Both the position numbers and the translations under genes were made by a program. The notes beneath the pieces were generated by a model. That model did not search any database, was not told the origin of the DNA, and saw only the letters and a list, made by a program, of their open reading frames with translations. Positions 1 through 8,412 of a stretch of 64,000 bases of DNA are shown one piece after another. Each line of letters begins with the position of its first letter. Position 1 is the stretch's first letter. The DNA is from Kiritimatiellia bacterium (GTDB lineage: Bacteria; Verrucomicrobiota; Kiritimatiellia; JAAZAB01): assembly GCA_028715905.1 (NCBI GenBank), contig JAQUQV010000004.1:16664-80663 (forward strand), given 5' to 3'.

Positions 1-1235
1 AAAAGATTAGTATTTCCCAATCCAAGAACACTGCCGGTTGCATAGCTGTATATATAATAGCCATAGCCGTATTGATTGGTATATACAACTGAAACAAGAT
101 AACTCTTCTGGTTTTTCCCCCAGGTCCAGAGCGAACCGTTTGACCCGACCGCCGCGCTATGGTTCAAACCAGCCGCAATGCAAACCATGGCCGGCAACGC
201 CGCAGCCGCGGAATTCGGGGCCGTGATTTTAGTCGGCTCATTGAGCGCGCGAGCATACTGGACAAAATTGGTCGTTACGGCGGAAAGGCCGGTATTAGTG
301 GTGGTTGACACATATTGCCAGTCATAAGGATAGTCGGTGTTAGTATTGGTATAATGCTGTACGACTTTAGCGCTGCTTTCCCCGCCGCCATAATTGGTCG
401 TGGCAACAACCATATTGCCATGGCCCAGCCGGCCAAACGCCTTGCACTCTGTGACGGCCGTGAATCCATTCGTATTATATTTATATGTATTTGTCCCGCC
501 GTCAGTTCCCCATGACCAGATTGAGCCGTCGGTCCGCAGGCCCAGGCAGAAATTACTTCCAACCGCAACCTGTTTCCAGGTTCTGGCCGTTCCTATTTGC
601 GTGGGCCGGTTGGCTGCCAGACCATTCATAATGGAGTTGGTGTAAGAAGGGGTTGTTGTAGATTCAACATCCTTGGAAGTATATAATTCGTTGCCGGCCC
701 CGCCGGTATGATTGCCGGCCCCGCCGCTGAAATTTGTCGTCCATTCCGGAACATTGCCATAGACCCGGGAAATAACCTCGCACATTTGCGTTCCCATGCC
801 CAGCGCACCCGCTTGTTCGTAATGATACAGGTCGGCGTATTTATGGCCCAATAAAATTTCCGCGGGCGCGCCGTCATAGCCCCAGCCCCACAATGAGCCG
901 TCGGACTGAATACCGAAAGAGCGCTCCATACTGCCCACGACGTCAATCCAAGTCTTATCCGTTCCTGACTGCGTGGGAGTGTACGCGTATGTTCCAACTG
1001 CTCCCAGTCCCAGTTGCGCTTTAGCAACGGAAACGGTTTGCGTTCGCGCGGGGTCGGTATAATTATTGGCGGCGCCGCCGTCAGAACCCCATGCCCACAA
1101 AGTATGATCGGATTGAAGGCCGAAACTATCCTGATAACCGGCCGAGATAACGCCCGCATTTGCCGCAGCGCCAAGCATGGCCAGCGCGAACACACAGGTT
1201 GCGGCTTTCCGCAACCAACTTTGATTTGTCTTCAT
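1..1235 (-). CDS. Secreted RCC1/BLIP-II-like repeat (beta-propeller) protein. Partial: the C-terminus lies beyond the window start.
   Basis: Hand translation of the minus strand from ATG at 1235 is open all the way to position 1. It is absent from the ORF track because it runs off the window edge. The N-terminus MKTNQSWLRKAATCVFALAMLGAAANA is signal-peptide-like. GGAGGAG RBS at 1243-1249. Repeated motifs (QSDHTLWAWGSDG, IQSDGSLWGWGYDG, LRTDGSIWSWGTDG, VGSNGSLWTWGKN) are typical of RCC1 repeats. Confidence 0.6.
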   Translation of the reverse strand, partial: MKTNQSWLRKAATCVFALAMLGAAANAGVISAGYQDSFGLQSDHTLWAWGSDGGAANNYTDPARTQTVSVAKAQLGLGAVGTYAYTPTQSGTDKTWIDVVGSMERSFGIQSDGSLWGWGYDGAPAEILLGHKYADLYHYEQAGALGMGTQMCEVISRVYGNVPEWTTNFSGGAGNHTGGAGNELYTSKDVESTTTPSYTNSIMNGLAANRPTQIGTARTWKQVAVGSNFCLGLRTDGSIWSWGTDGGTNTYKYNTNGFTAVTECKAFGRLGHGNMVVATTNYGGGESSAKVVQHYTNTNTDYPYDWQYVSTTTNTGLSAVTTNFVQYARALNEPTKITAPNSAAAALPAMVCIAAGLNHSAAVGSNGSLWTWGKNQKSYLVSVVYTNQYGYGYYIYSYATGSVLGLGNTNL

Positions 1236-1295
1236 ACCGTTTCTCCTCCTTTATTATTTCTTGAGAATATTTTATCCCATGGAAAAATTATGTTC

Positions 1296-1468
1296 GCTTG
1301 CCCAACCAATATTTTCAACACATCTGTTTCTACAATTTGTAGAAGGCGTTGAAACAATCATTTATATTTTCCGTTTTCCGCTGCTGTTTTCATCCCGGCG
1401 ATAACCGCATTGACAGTGCAAGTGTGGGCAAAACAACATGCAGGGCGGCAGGCGCAGATATTGAGCCA
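1296..1468. repeat. About 170 bp segment duplicated at 6570..6732. It covers the promoter/operator block upstream of the RCC1-protein gene plus the 3' end of the XRE gene.
   Basis: Positions 1300-1344 are identical to 6574-6618 (45 bp). Positions 1390-1467 are identical to 6654-6731 (about 80 bp). A diverged 40 bp linker lies between the two identical blocks. Confidence 0.8.
1328..1344. promoter_or_regulatory. Perfect palindrome TTCTACAA-T-TTGTAGAA, operator copy 1. It lies about 93 bp upstream of the RCC1-protein start and just downstream of the XRE gene stop.
   Basis: 8-nt inverted arms with a 1-nt spacer read directly from the sequence. The same motif recurs at 1751-1767 and 6602-6618. 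Confidence 0.6.
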
Positions 1469-1688
1469 GAAGATCCAAATCATCCATGCTCGGGAACCGC
1501 CGTGTTTTTTCCCAATGGTCCCAGGTCGCAGAGGAAACGCCGAGTTCGGCGGCCGCGCGCTTGATTGGAATATCATGCTGTTCACGCCAGCCGCGCAAAC
1601 GTTTGGCAAGCAAAAGTCCAACAGATACAGATGTAAAAGACTTTTCAGATGCGTTAAGCGCGGACGATGGAAGGGGCATTTCCGCCAT
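1362..1688 (-). CDS. Helix-turn-helix XRE (Cro/C1-type) family transcriptional regulator, about 108 aa.
   Basis: The translation LLAKRLRGWREQHDIPIKRAAAELGVSSATWDHWEKTRRFPSMDDLDLLAQYL matches HTH_XRE architecture. The likely start is the internal Met (MAEMPLPSS) at 1688; the track ORF extends to 1859. Confidence 0.65.
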   Translation of the reverse strand: MAEMPLPSSALNASEKSFTSVSVGLLLAKRLRGWREQHDIPIKRAAAELGVSSATWDHWEKTRRFPSMDDLDLLAQYLRLPPCMLFCPHLHCQCGYRRDENSSGKRKI

Positions 1689-1750
1689 GAACAATCCTTT
1701 TGATAAATAAGTATAATTATTCTGAAAATCGTAATACTCAATACGTCTAT

Positions 1751-1767
1751 TTCTACAATTTGTAGAG
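1751..1767. promoter_or_regulatory. Operator palindrome copy 2 (TTCTACAATTTGTAGAg), about 65-80 bp upstream of the XRE gene start. Probable autoregulatory site.
   Basis: Core TCTACAATTTGTAGA is perfect at 1752-1766. It sits in the XRE promoter region. Confidence 0.55.
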
Positions 1768-1803
1768 GATATAATCTTTTCGGCCGTAAATTCCCCGTTT
1801 ATT

Positions 1804-3978
1804 GTGGCAACTATGCATGATGCCTCCACAATCAAAAAGGCCGCCAGCCTTCCGGACACGCAGGAAACTCCGGGTTGGTTCTACAGATTCGGGCGGGCGC
1901 TGATCGCCCTGACTCTGCTGGTGGTCTCGGTATCCTACGATATTTCCGTTGCCGAAGTTTCCGGCGATCTGCGTTGGTTTCTGATTCATGGAACAGCCAT
2001 GATTCTGGCGGCGGCATACTTTTTGTCCCGTACGGCCTCGGTTCGGAATGAAATAGATTTGCAAGCGCCGCCGATTATATGGCTGACGTTATTCCTGGCT
2101 GTCTGGTCGGCGCTCTCCATGTTCTGGACGCTCAGTCCGTATCACACATGGTGGTCATTAAAACATTTTCTGGGATATGTCGTTCTGTTTGCATTCGTCT
2201 GCTTATTGCGCAGTGAAAAATGGTATGAAAACCTGCTGTGGATTGCAGCCGCGGGGGTTGGTTTTAATTGTCTGATCGGCATCGCTCAATTTCATAATGT
2301 CAGCGATGCTGACATTACGATTGTTTTCCCCTTCTGGAAGCATATTGCCGCCGGATTTTCCGGACTGCTGCGAATCCTTTATTTTCTGGACAACACGGAT
2401 AAAGCCATGGCCGACACATTGCCGTTTTTTCATCAGGATATTTTCCTTGATCTGTTCCGTCAGGCCGCTCCTCCGGCCGGCACTTTGGCCAATAAAAACC
2501 TGTTTGGATCCTATTTAGTTCTAACCCTGCCGACCGTCTTCTATCTATTTCTATCCAGCCCCAAGAAGCCGGCCCGGGGCGCCGCGGCCGTGTTATTCGC
2601 TGCGGGCATGATCGCCTTGTTTTATACCCGCAGCCGCGCCAGTTGGCTTTCCGCGTTGTGCGCGGCATTTTTTTTTATAAGCTGGATGTTATTGTGCCGG
2701 ACGTATCGGCAGATTATTAAAGTTTTTTTTAACAAAACGGTTTTGATTTTGCTGGCTGCGGCGTGTCTTGCGGTCATTGGCGGCGTCAGCCTGCGAGACA
2801 AAAGCGGGATGCAAAGCGCCACGGAACGGATTCACAGTCTGGTCAGGATGCCCATGCAGGCCCATGCCGCACGTATTGCCTATAACCTGAATGGACTGGC
2901 CATGATCGGCGACCGCCCTTTTCATGGTGTCGGTCTTGGAGCTTTCCATACGGCTTATCCTGCCTACTATCGGGCTGTCTGTCCGACGCCATCCGGCGGT
3001 TTCAGCATGAACGCGCGCCCATCACGGATGCATAACGATCTTGAACAGGCCTTTGTGGAACTGGGAATTTTTGGCGGTTTGGCGTATATCGGTGTCTTTT
3101 TGACTCTGTTGATGATGACTTGGCGAATCGGGAACAAAGCCAAAACCTATGCCCCCCGCTTGCTGTCGCTATGCCTGATGACCGGAATTATCGGACTGGG
3201 CATTAATTCGTTAATGGATTTTCCTTTACAGCTTCCTCTGGCTCCCACGCTGTTATGGATCTTTGCCGGTATAATAACCGGCATATATGTCATGCGCGTT
3301 GAGAAGGCCGATATCGACCTGCGGATAAAACTTGTTCTTCCGCGCTTTGTTTATATTTTCCTGGCCATCGCCTCAATAGCCGGTTGTCTGGCAGTATTCC
3401 GGGACGACTGGTCCCGTCGCAAGGGGGATCAATACCTGAAGATAACCATCGCGCTGGCGTCCGCCGGACGTTTTGACGAGCAAACCCTGCTGTTACTGCG
3501 CAAATCCATGGACTGCTATAAGTGGAATGTCCGATTGCAGGAATACCGCGCCTTGATTTACGCCAACTACCATGGTAAAAAAATTCATGTTTCCACCAAA
3601 GAAAAAATCCGCGAGGTTGAGGACGCCGCAAAATATGACCCTTACTCGCCGCACAAACTAATTAATCTTGGCGGGCTTTACATTATTTACTCGCGTGAAC
3701 TTGCGGCCGCAAACCGTAACGTTGAGGCTCTGCAATACGCCCGAAAGGCTGAAAATATATTCAATGCAATGCTTAAATATCCCGGATTTTTTACGGACAT
3801 GACCTATGCCATTGGCGGTATGGCGCATATGATCCAAGGCGTTTTACAGCCATCCGTTGACGTTCCCCGTCTGAATATTGCCCGCGCTTTGCTGGAAAAA
3901 GCGCTGGCAATAAACCCCCGCCACGAAACCGCCCGCGAAGCTCTGAAAATGACCGAGGCGTTACGGAAACACAATTAA
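1804..3978 (+). CDS. O-antigen ligase / polymerase (Wzy_C) family integral membrane protein with C-terminal TPR repeats.
   Basis: Multiple TM helices. The conserved Wzy_C-like motif MHNDLEQAFVELGIFGGLAYIGVFL is present. The C-terminal about 200 aa are TPR-like (ALQYARKAENIFNAM...ALAINPRHETAREALKM). GTG start at 1804. Confidence 0.6.
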   Translation: MATMHDASTIKKAASLPDTQETPGWFYRFGRALIALTLLVVSVSYDISVAEVSGDLRWFLIHGTAMILAAAYFLSRTASVRNEIDLQAPPIIWLTLFLAVWSALSMFWTLSPYHTWWSLKHFLGYVVLFAFVCLLRSEKWYENLLWIAAAGVGFNCLIGIAQFHNVSDADITIVFPFWKHIAAGFSGLLRILYFLDNTDKAMADTLPFFHQDIFLDLFRQAAPPAGTLANKNLFGSYLVLTLPTVFYLFLSSPKKPARGAAAVLFAAGMIALFYTRSRASWLSALCAAFFFISWMLLCRTYRQIIKVFFNKTVLILLAAACLAVIGGVSLRDKSGMQSATERIHSLVRMPMQAHAARIAYNLNGLAMIGDRPFHGVGLGAFHTAYPAYYRAVCPTPSGGFSMNARPSRMHNDLEQAFVELGIFGGLAYIGVFLTLLMMTWRIGNKAKTYAPRLLSLCLMTGIIGLGINSLMDFPLQLPLAPTLLWIFAGIITGIYVMRVEKADIDLRIKLVLPRFVYIFLAIASIAGCLAVFRDDWSRRKGDQYLKITIALASAGRFDEQTLLLLRKSMDCYKWNVRLQEYRALIYANYHGKKIHVSTKEKIREVEDAAKYDPYSPHKLINLGGLYIIYSRELAAANRNVEALQYARKAENIFNAMLKYPGFFTDMTYAIGGMAHMIQGVLQPSVDVPRLNIARALLEKALAINPRHETAREALKMTEALRKHN

Positions 3979-4000
3979 AAGCCTTTATCGCAAAACAACG

Positions 4001-4030
4001 CAGGCGTCTCGACTCACATCGAGACGCCTG
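4001..4030. terminator. Bidirectional hairpin terminator between the convergent genes 1804..3978(+) and 4062..6527(-).
   Basis: Perfect 12-bp stem CAGGCGTCTCGA / TCGAGACGCCTG with a 6-nt loop. It lies 22 bp after the + gene stop and 32 bp after the - gene stop. The flanks are not strongly U-rich. Confidence 0.55.
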
Positions 4031-4061
4031 GCGTTGATTGATCACCCAATTTCAGCGATCA

Positions 4062-6527
4062 TTACGGCATGAACGGGAACGGTCCTTGCGGGACATATCC
4101 ATACAGGGACATCCAGATTGTCCAGTTACCATCAACCACCATGGCCGGATCAGCGGCGCCGTCGCCGTCAAAATCGCCAGCCATCGGCATCGGATCGGCT
4201 CCGGACACCGAAAAGTCAAACGGCCCCTGCGGGACATATCCATACAGGGACATCCAGATCGTCCACTTGCCGTTGACTACCATGGCCGGATCAGCGGCGC
4301 CGTCGCCGTCAAAATCGCCAGCCAGCGGTATCGGATCAGCGCCGGACACCGAAAAGTCAAACGGCCCCTGCGGAACATATCCATATAATGACATCCAGAT
4401 CGTCCACTTGCCGTTGACCACCATGGCCGGATCAGCGGCGCCGTCGCCGTCAAAGTCGGCCGCCACAGGCGTACCCGCCGCGCCGAAATTAAACGGCCCG
4501 CCGCCCAACTGATACTCCAGACTGGAAAACCAGATATACCATTCGCCACTGGCGGCCACCATGGCCGGATCAGCGGCGCCGTCGCCGTCAAAGTCAGCCG
4601 CCACGGGCGTACCCGCCGCGCCGAAATTAAACGGCCCGCCGCCCAACTGATACCCCAGACCGGAAAACCAGATATACCAATTACTACCGATCACCGCGTA
4701 TGGATCGGCCGCGCCGTCATTGTCAAAGTCACCTTCAACAAACTTAATCTCCTGGACGTTCACGCTCACGGTTCCGGCAACGGTGTTATAGTTGTCCGTA
4801 TCGGTCGGAGTGAACGTTACCGCGGCCGTATACGTGCCCGCATCCGGCTTTGTGCCCGGGCTGTCAAAGGCAAATGCGCCCGCCACAGACGCGGCCCCGC
4901 CGCTCAATTCTGAATCCGCCAGCGTTTGCCCGCATGTGATTGCAGAAGCCGTGGGCCAGGTTGTTACCGCCGGCGTGGCTTTGTCTACCGTCACATTCAC
5001 AGTCCCGGCAACGGTGTTATAGTTGTCCGTATCGGTCGGAGTGAACGTTACCGCGGCCGTATACGTGCCCGCATCCGGCTTTGTGCCCGGGCTGTCAAAG
5101 GCAAATGCGCCCGCCACAGACGCGGCCCCGCCGCTCAATTCTGAATCCGCCAGCGTTTGCCCGCATGTGATTGCAGAAGCCGTGGGCCAGGTTGTTACCG
5201 CCGGCGTGGCTTTGATAATTGTCAATGTTGCTGTATTTGTGCCGGTCCAGTTTACAGTATTCACAATACCTGTCACAACATATGTGCCGACATCTGTTGG
5301 CGCTCCACCTCCGTTATAGGTTAAACCCACGACGTTGTCATGCGTGCTTGTAGCCGTTACGGAAATCGCCGATCCGTTGTAAGTTTGGTTTATGCCGCTG
5401 AACCAGATCGCGTCAAGTCCGCGGTCAACAGCAACGCTAACGGTCACATCCAGCCAATTGGAGCCGACCGTGACCGTACCGGTGGAACCGCCAACGGAGA
5501 GACCGCTCGGCGATATGACTACGGTTATATTGGTGGAAGCGTCAGTGAGAACCGTGCCCGAAACTTCACCCTCGGCGTTCGCCACGCTCAGCCAGGGTTG
5601 GTTTGTGCTGAGCAGATAGGCGGTGGGTGACACGTCATCTGGAACCCTCAGCGCAAAATTATTTGTAATTTGAGCCGTGTCTCCATAACGGGCGTTAAAG
5701 CTCAAATTCGTGGGATCAGGTTTTAAAACAACGTCAAAAATCACCGGCACATCCAACCAATGGGAGCCGACCGTGATTGTGCCGGTATGCCTGCCGACGG
5801 AGAGTTCGGTCGGAGATACGGCATCCGGAACAATACTTACCGTTATCATATTGGTCGCGCCGGAAAGAACCGTGCCCGACACTTCGCCTTCTGAATCCGC
5901 CACGCTCAACCAGGTCTGATTTGTGCCCAGCAGGTAGGCGGTGGACGACACGTCAGCGGGGACAACCAGATTAAAATTTTGCGGACTTGGTGTTTCTTTA
6001 TAAACCGCCTTAAAATAAAGATTTGTGGGGGCGGGCGGCAATACAACATTCAAATTAACGGTTACATTCGTCCAGCCCGTAACGCCTGGCGCGTCATTCG
6101 CAATCGTACCGACATAGTTCCCAACGGCAAGTCCGTTCGTTGACACTGTTACCGTAATGTTTGTGGATCCGGGAGAGGGCACCGTGCCAGACACTTCGCC
6201 GTCGGCGTTCGCTACGCTCATCCAGGGCTGGTTTGTGCTGAGCAGATAGTCGGTGGACGAAACATCGCTTGGAACGGTCAGCACGAAATCCTGCGTTGGA
6301 ATTATATTTGTGCCGCCATGAACCACCGTGAAAACCAGATTTGTGGGATTCGGATTAATAACATTCTCAGCTGGCGCTGTCGCCCCCAAGACTGCAAACA
6401 AAATAAAGGCAACCGTTATCTTCAGCGGTGATAAGAACCGCGTTGATAACAACGAATGGATTTTAATGGTTATTGTTCTCCAATATTGATGGATTATTGA
6501 GACGCTTTTATCCTTTGCTTCCGTCAT
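4062..6527 (-). CDS. Giant secreted adhesin-like protein. It has a signal peptide, three BACON-like beta domains, MBG-like domains, and C-terminal FG-GAP/VCBS (DFDGDGAADP) repeats.
   Basis: The likely true start is ATG 6527 (MTEAKDK...) preceded by a GGAGGA RBS; the track ORF starts at 6659. The hydrophobic signal is LKITVAFILFAVLGATAPA. Three repeats of about 90 aa (PTNL.F..VYG..tp..q.F.L.VP.DVS.T.YLLSTNQPW.SVA...GEVSGTV) look BACON-like. The TYVVTGIVNTVNWTGTNTATLTIIKAT stretch looks MBG-like. The C-terminus has 5 repeats of GxW[YT]IW[FM]S...GPF.F...DFDGDGAADP. The DNA carries exact tandem repeats of about 120 bp and about 231 bp. Confidence 0.7.
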   Translation of the reverse strand: MTEAKDKSVSIIHQYWRTITIKIHSLLSTRFLSPLKITVAFILFAVLGATAPAENVINPNPTNLVFTVVHGGTNIIPTQDFVLTVPSDVSSTDYLLSTNQPWMSVANADGEVSGTVPSPGSTNITVTVSTNGLAVGNYVGTIANDAPGVTGWTNVTVNLNVVLPPAPTNLYFKAVYKETPSPQNFNLVVPADVSSTAYLLGTNQTWLSVADSEGEVSGTVLSGATNMITVSIVPDAVSPTELSVGRHTGTITVGSHWLDVPVIFDVVLKPDPTNLSFNARYGDTAQITNNFALRVPDDVSPTAYLLSTNQPWLSVANAEGEVSGTVLTDASTNITVVISPSGLSVGGSTGTVTVGSNWLDVTVSVAVDRGLDAIWFSGINQTYNGSAISVTATSTHDNVVGLTYNGGGAPTDVGTYVVTGIVNTVNWTGTNTATLTIIKATPAVTTWPTASAITCGQTLADSELSGGAASVAGAFAFDSPGTKPDAGTYTAAVTFTPTDTDNYNTVAGTVNVTVDKATPAVTTWPTASAITCGQTLADSELSGGAASVAGAFAFDSPGTKPDAGTYTAAVTFTPTDTDNYNTVAGTVSVNVQEIKFVEGDFDNDGAADPYAVIGSNWYIWFSGLGYQLGGGPFNFGAAGTPVAADFDGDGAADPAMVAASGEWYIWFSSLEYQLGGGPFNFGAAGTPVAADFDGDGAADPAMVVNGKWTIWMSLYGYVPQGPFDFSVSGADPIPLAGDFDGDGAADPAMVVNGKWTIWMSLYGYVPQGPFDFSVSGADPMPMAGDFDGDGAADPAMVVDGNWTIWMSLYGYVPQGPFPFMP

Positions 6528-6569
6528 TATGAATTCCTCCGTATTTTTTAGAAACATCAAAATATGGTG

Positions 6570-6732
6570 TCCTGCCCAACCAATATTTTCAACACATCTG
6601 TTTCTACAATTTGTAGAGCGGATTAAAACAATTGTTTGGTTTTCCCTTGTTGTTTTCATCCCGGCGATAACCGCATTGACAGTGCAAGTGTGGGCAAAAC
6701 AACATGCAGGGCGGCAGGCGCAGATATTGAGC
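6570..6732. repeat. Second copy of the operator/promoter/XRE-3'-end block, upstream of the giant adhesin-like gene. The XRE part is a truncated remnant only.
   Basis: See 1296..1468. Only the last about 80 bp of the XRE coding sequence is present; no intact XRE gene follows. Confidence 0.8.
6602..6618. promoter_or_regulatory. Operator palindrome copy 3 (TTCTACAATTTGTAGAg), about 75 bp upstream of the 4062..6527 gene start.
   Basis: Read directly from the sequence. It sits in the identical context (GCCCAACCAATATTTTCAACACATCTGT-palindrome) as copy 1. Confidence 0.6.
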
Positions 6733-6848
6733 CGGATCCAGCTTTTTCATTCTCTATGGGATGCTAACAGGGACAGCCATGTTCCCACAAATGTAAATCA
6801 AGCCCGGCTAATCCAACCGGCCGGCGGCTTCTGGCTGGTAAATAATTT

Positions 6849-7598
6849 TCATAGTGATGCGCCGTTTTTCTTTCGCAGGCTGATCGGACATTCAAGGCCG
6901 CAGGCGTCCATCAGTTCCGTATCATTCAATATATCCCGGACGGCGCCATCCGCGGTCACCCGGCCTTCATTCAGCATGATCGCGCGGGAACATACTTCCA
7001 GCGCCATTTCCAGGTCATGCGTGGCGATGATCCGGGTGTGCTCAAAGCTCTGCAACAGTCCGATCAGCCGGCGCCGGCCGCGGGAATCAAGATTTGAGGA
7101 GGGCTCATCCAACACGAGAATATCGGGCGCCATGGCCAGCACGGTTGCGATGGTAACCGCGCGTTTTTCGCCCGCCGAAAGCCGGTACGGCGGCCGGTCT
7201 TTCAAGTGGAGCATTCCCACCCGCTCCAGGGCCAGGCTGGCGCGACGCTCAACTTCTTCGGCCGGCAAGCCCGCATTGAGGGGACCGAAAGCCACGTCCT
7301 CCAACACGGTGGGCATGAAAAGCTGATCGTCCGGGTCTTGGAAAACCAGACCCACGGCGCGGCGGACAACGGATGCCGTCCGGCGCGTGAAAGGCGTTTC
7401 TCCTATCCGCATCTCGCCGTCGGCCGGCAGCAGGGCGCCGCCTAGATGCAGGAGCAAGGTGGACTTGCCGGAGCCGTTGGCGCCGATAACGGCCACCGCT
7501 TCGCCGTGCGTAATCCGGAAAGAAATTCCTTTCAGGGCTTCGGTCCCGTCGGGGTAGGCATATCGCAAATTACGGGCTTCAATAATATGGTGACTCAT
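6849..7598 (-). CDS. cbiO: ECF-type ABC transporter ATP-binding protein (CbiO/NikO family).
   Basis: Walker A GANGSGKST, signature LSAGEKRAV, Walker B ILVLDEPSSNLD, H-loop ATHD. Confidence 0.85.
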   Translation of the reverse strand: MSHHIIEARNLRYAYPDGTEALKGISFRITHGEAVAVIGANGSGKSTLLLHLGGALLPADGEMRIGETPFTRRTASVVRRAVGLVFQDPDDQLFMPTVLEDVAFGPLNAGLPAEEVERRASLALERVGMLHLKDRPPYRLSAGEKRAVTIATVLAMAPDILVLDEPSSNLDSRGRRRLIGLLQSFEHTRIIATHDLEMALEVCSRAIMLNEGRVTADGAVRDILNDTELMDACGLECPISLRKKNGASL

Positions 7599-8402
7599 TT
7601 ATTTCTCCCCGATAACCAGGCCTCCCAGCATCCCGGCCAGGTTCCAGGTCCTTGCCGCAATAAAAAACGCCATCCAGCCGAGCAGAAACACCCAGTCCGC
7701 CTGCTGAAAAACGGTTTTCCGCAAGCCCCGGATCTCGCCCGAAAAACCGCGCGCAACCATGGCGCAGTATATCCTTTCCGCCCGCGCCATGGACCGCAGA
7801 AGCAAATGCCCTACGAGCGAGCCGTAAACACGGCAACCTGACGGCGCAAACCCGCAAGTTCGCATTTCCAGACTGCGGACCATCCGGGAACCCTCGTCCG
7901 CAATCACGAACAAATAACGATACAGGAAAAGAAGCTGAACAACGAAAATCCGCGGCAGCCCGATCCTTTCCAATCCTTCGCCCATGCGGTACATCCCGGT
8001 GCAGGCCACCAGCGCCAGCGCCGCGCCGACCGTCAGGGCAAATCTCAGCATGATTGAGGTAAACGAAAGCCAACCGCCGGAAACAACCAAAGACCCGATT
8101 GCCAGGCCCGGCGCGCGGTCAAAAAAAGGATTGAAAATGCCGATCGCAAAAGCGAACGGCGCGGCCACAAGAAGTTTGCGGAGAATCAGCAGGGGCGGAA
8201 TCCGTCCCATAAATATCAAGACGAACGGATAAAGAAAAAACGGCGTCAGGGCTGATATCTCGCGCGGAGGAAACGACATGACTGCGCCGATAAAGGCGAT
8301 GGTGGCGACGATCTTGGCCCGCGCATCGAGCCGGTGCAGCGGCGTATCCAGCCGCGCCAACTCGTCCATCCGGCCGATTTCAATCCATTGTGCCAAGCGC
8401 AT
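7599..8402 (-). CDS. cbiQ: ECF transporter transmembrane T component (CbiQ/NikQ family).
   Basis: A polytopic membrane protein of about 267 aa. It is translationally coupled to the ATPase (adjacent coordinates) and has a CbiQ-like hydrophobic profile. Confidence 0.7.
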   Translation of the reverse strand: MRLAQWIEIGRMDELARLDTPLHRLDARAKIVATIAFIGAVMSFPPREISALTPFFLYPFVLIFMGRIPPLLILRKLLVAAPFAFAIGIFNPFFDRAPGLAIGSLVVSGGWLSFTSIMLRFALTVGAALALVACTGMYRMGEGLERIGLPRIFVVQLLFLYRYLFVIADEGSRMVRSLEMRTCGFAPSGCRVYGSLVGHLLLRSMARAERIYCAMVARGFSGEIRGLRKTVFQQADWVFLLGWMAFFIAARTWNLAGMLGGLVIGEK

Positions 8403-8412
8403 TAAAACGAAA

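Noticed and set aside
4069-4512. 147-aa + strand ORF (and 4277..4591 -) inside the adhesin gene's 3' tandem repeats.
   Set aside because: Its periodic sequence mirrors the 120-bp DNA repeats encoding the FG-GAP units on the minus strand. It is an alternate-frame artefact.
6529-7326. 265-aa + strand ORF spanning the duplicated promoter block and running antisense into the CbiO gene.
   Set aside because: It crosses the regulatory repeat and is antisense to a well-supported ABC ATPase gene. Its composition is Ser/Arg-rich and low-complexity.
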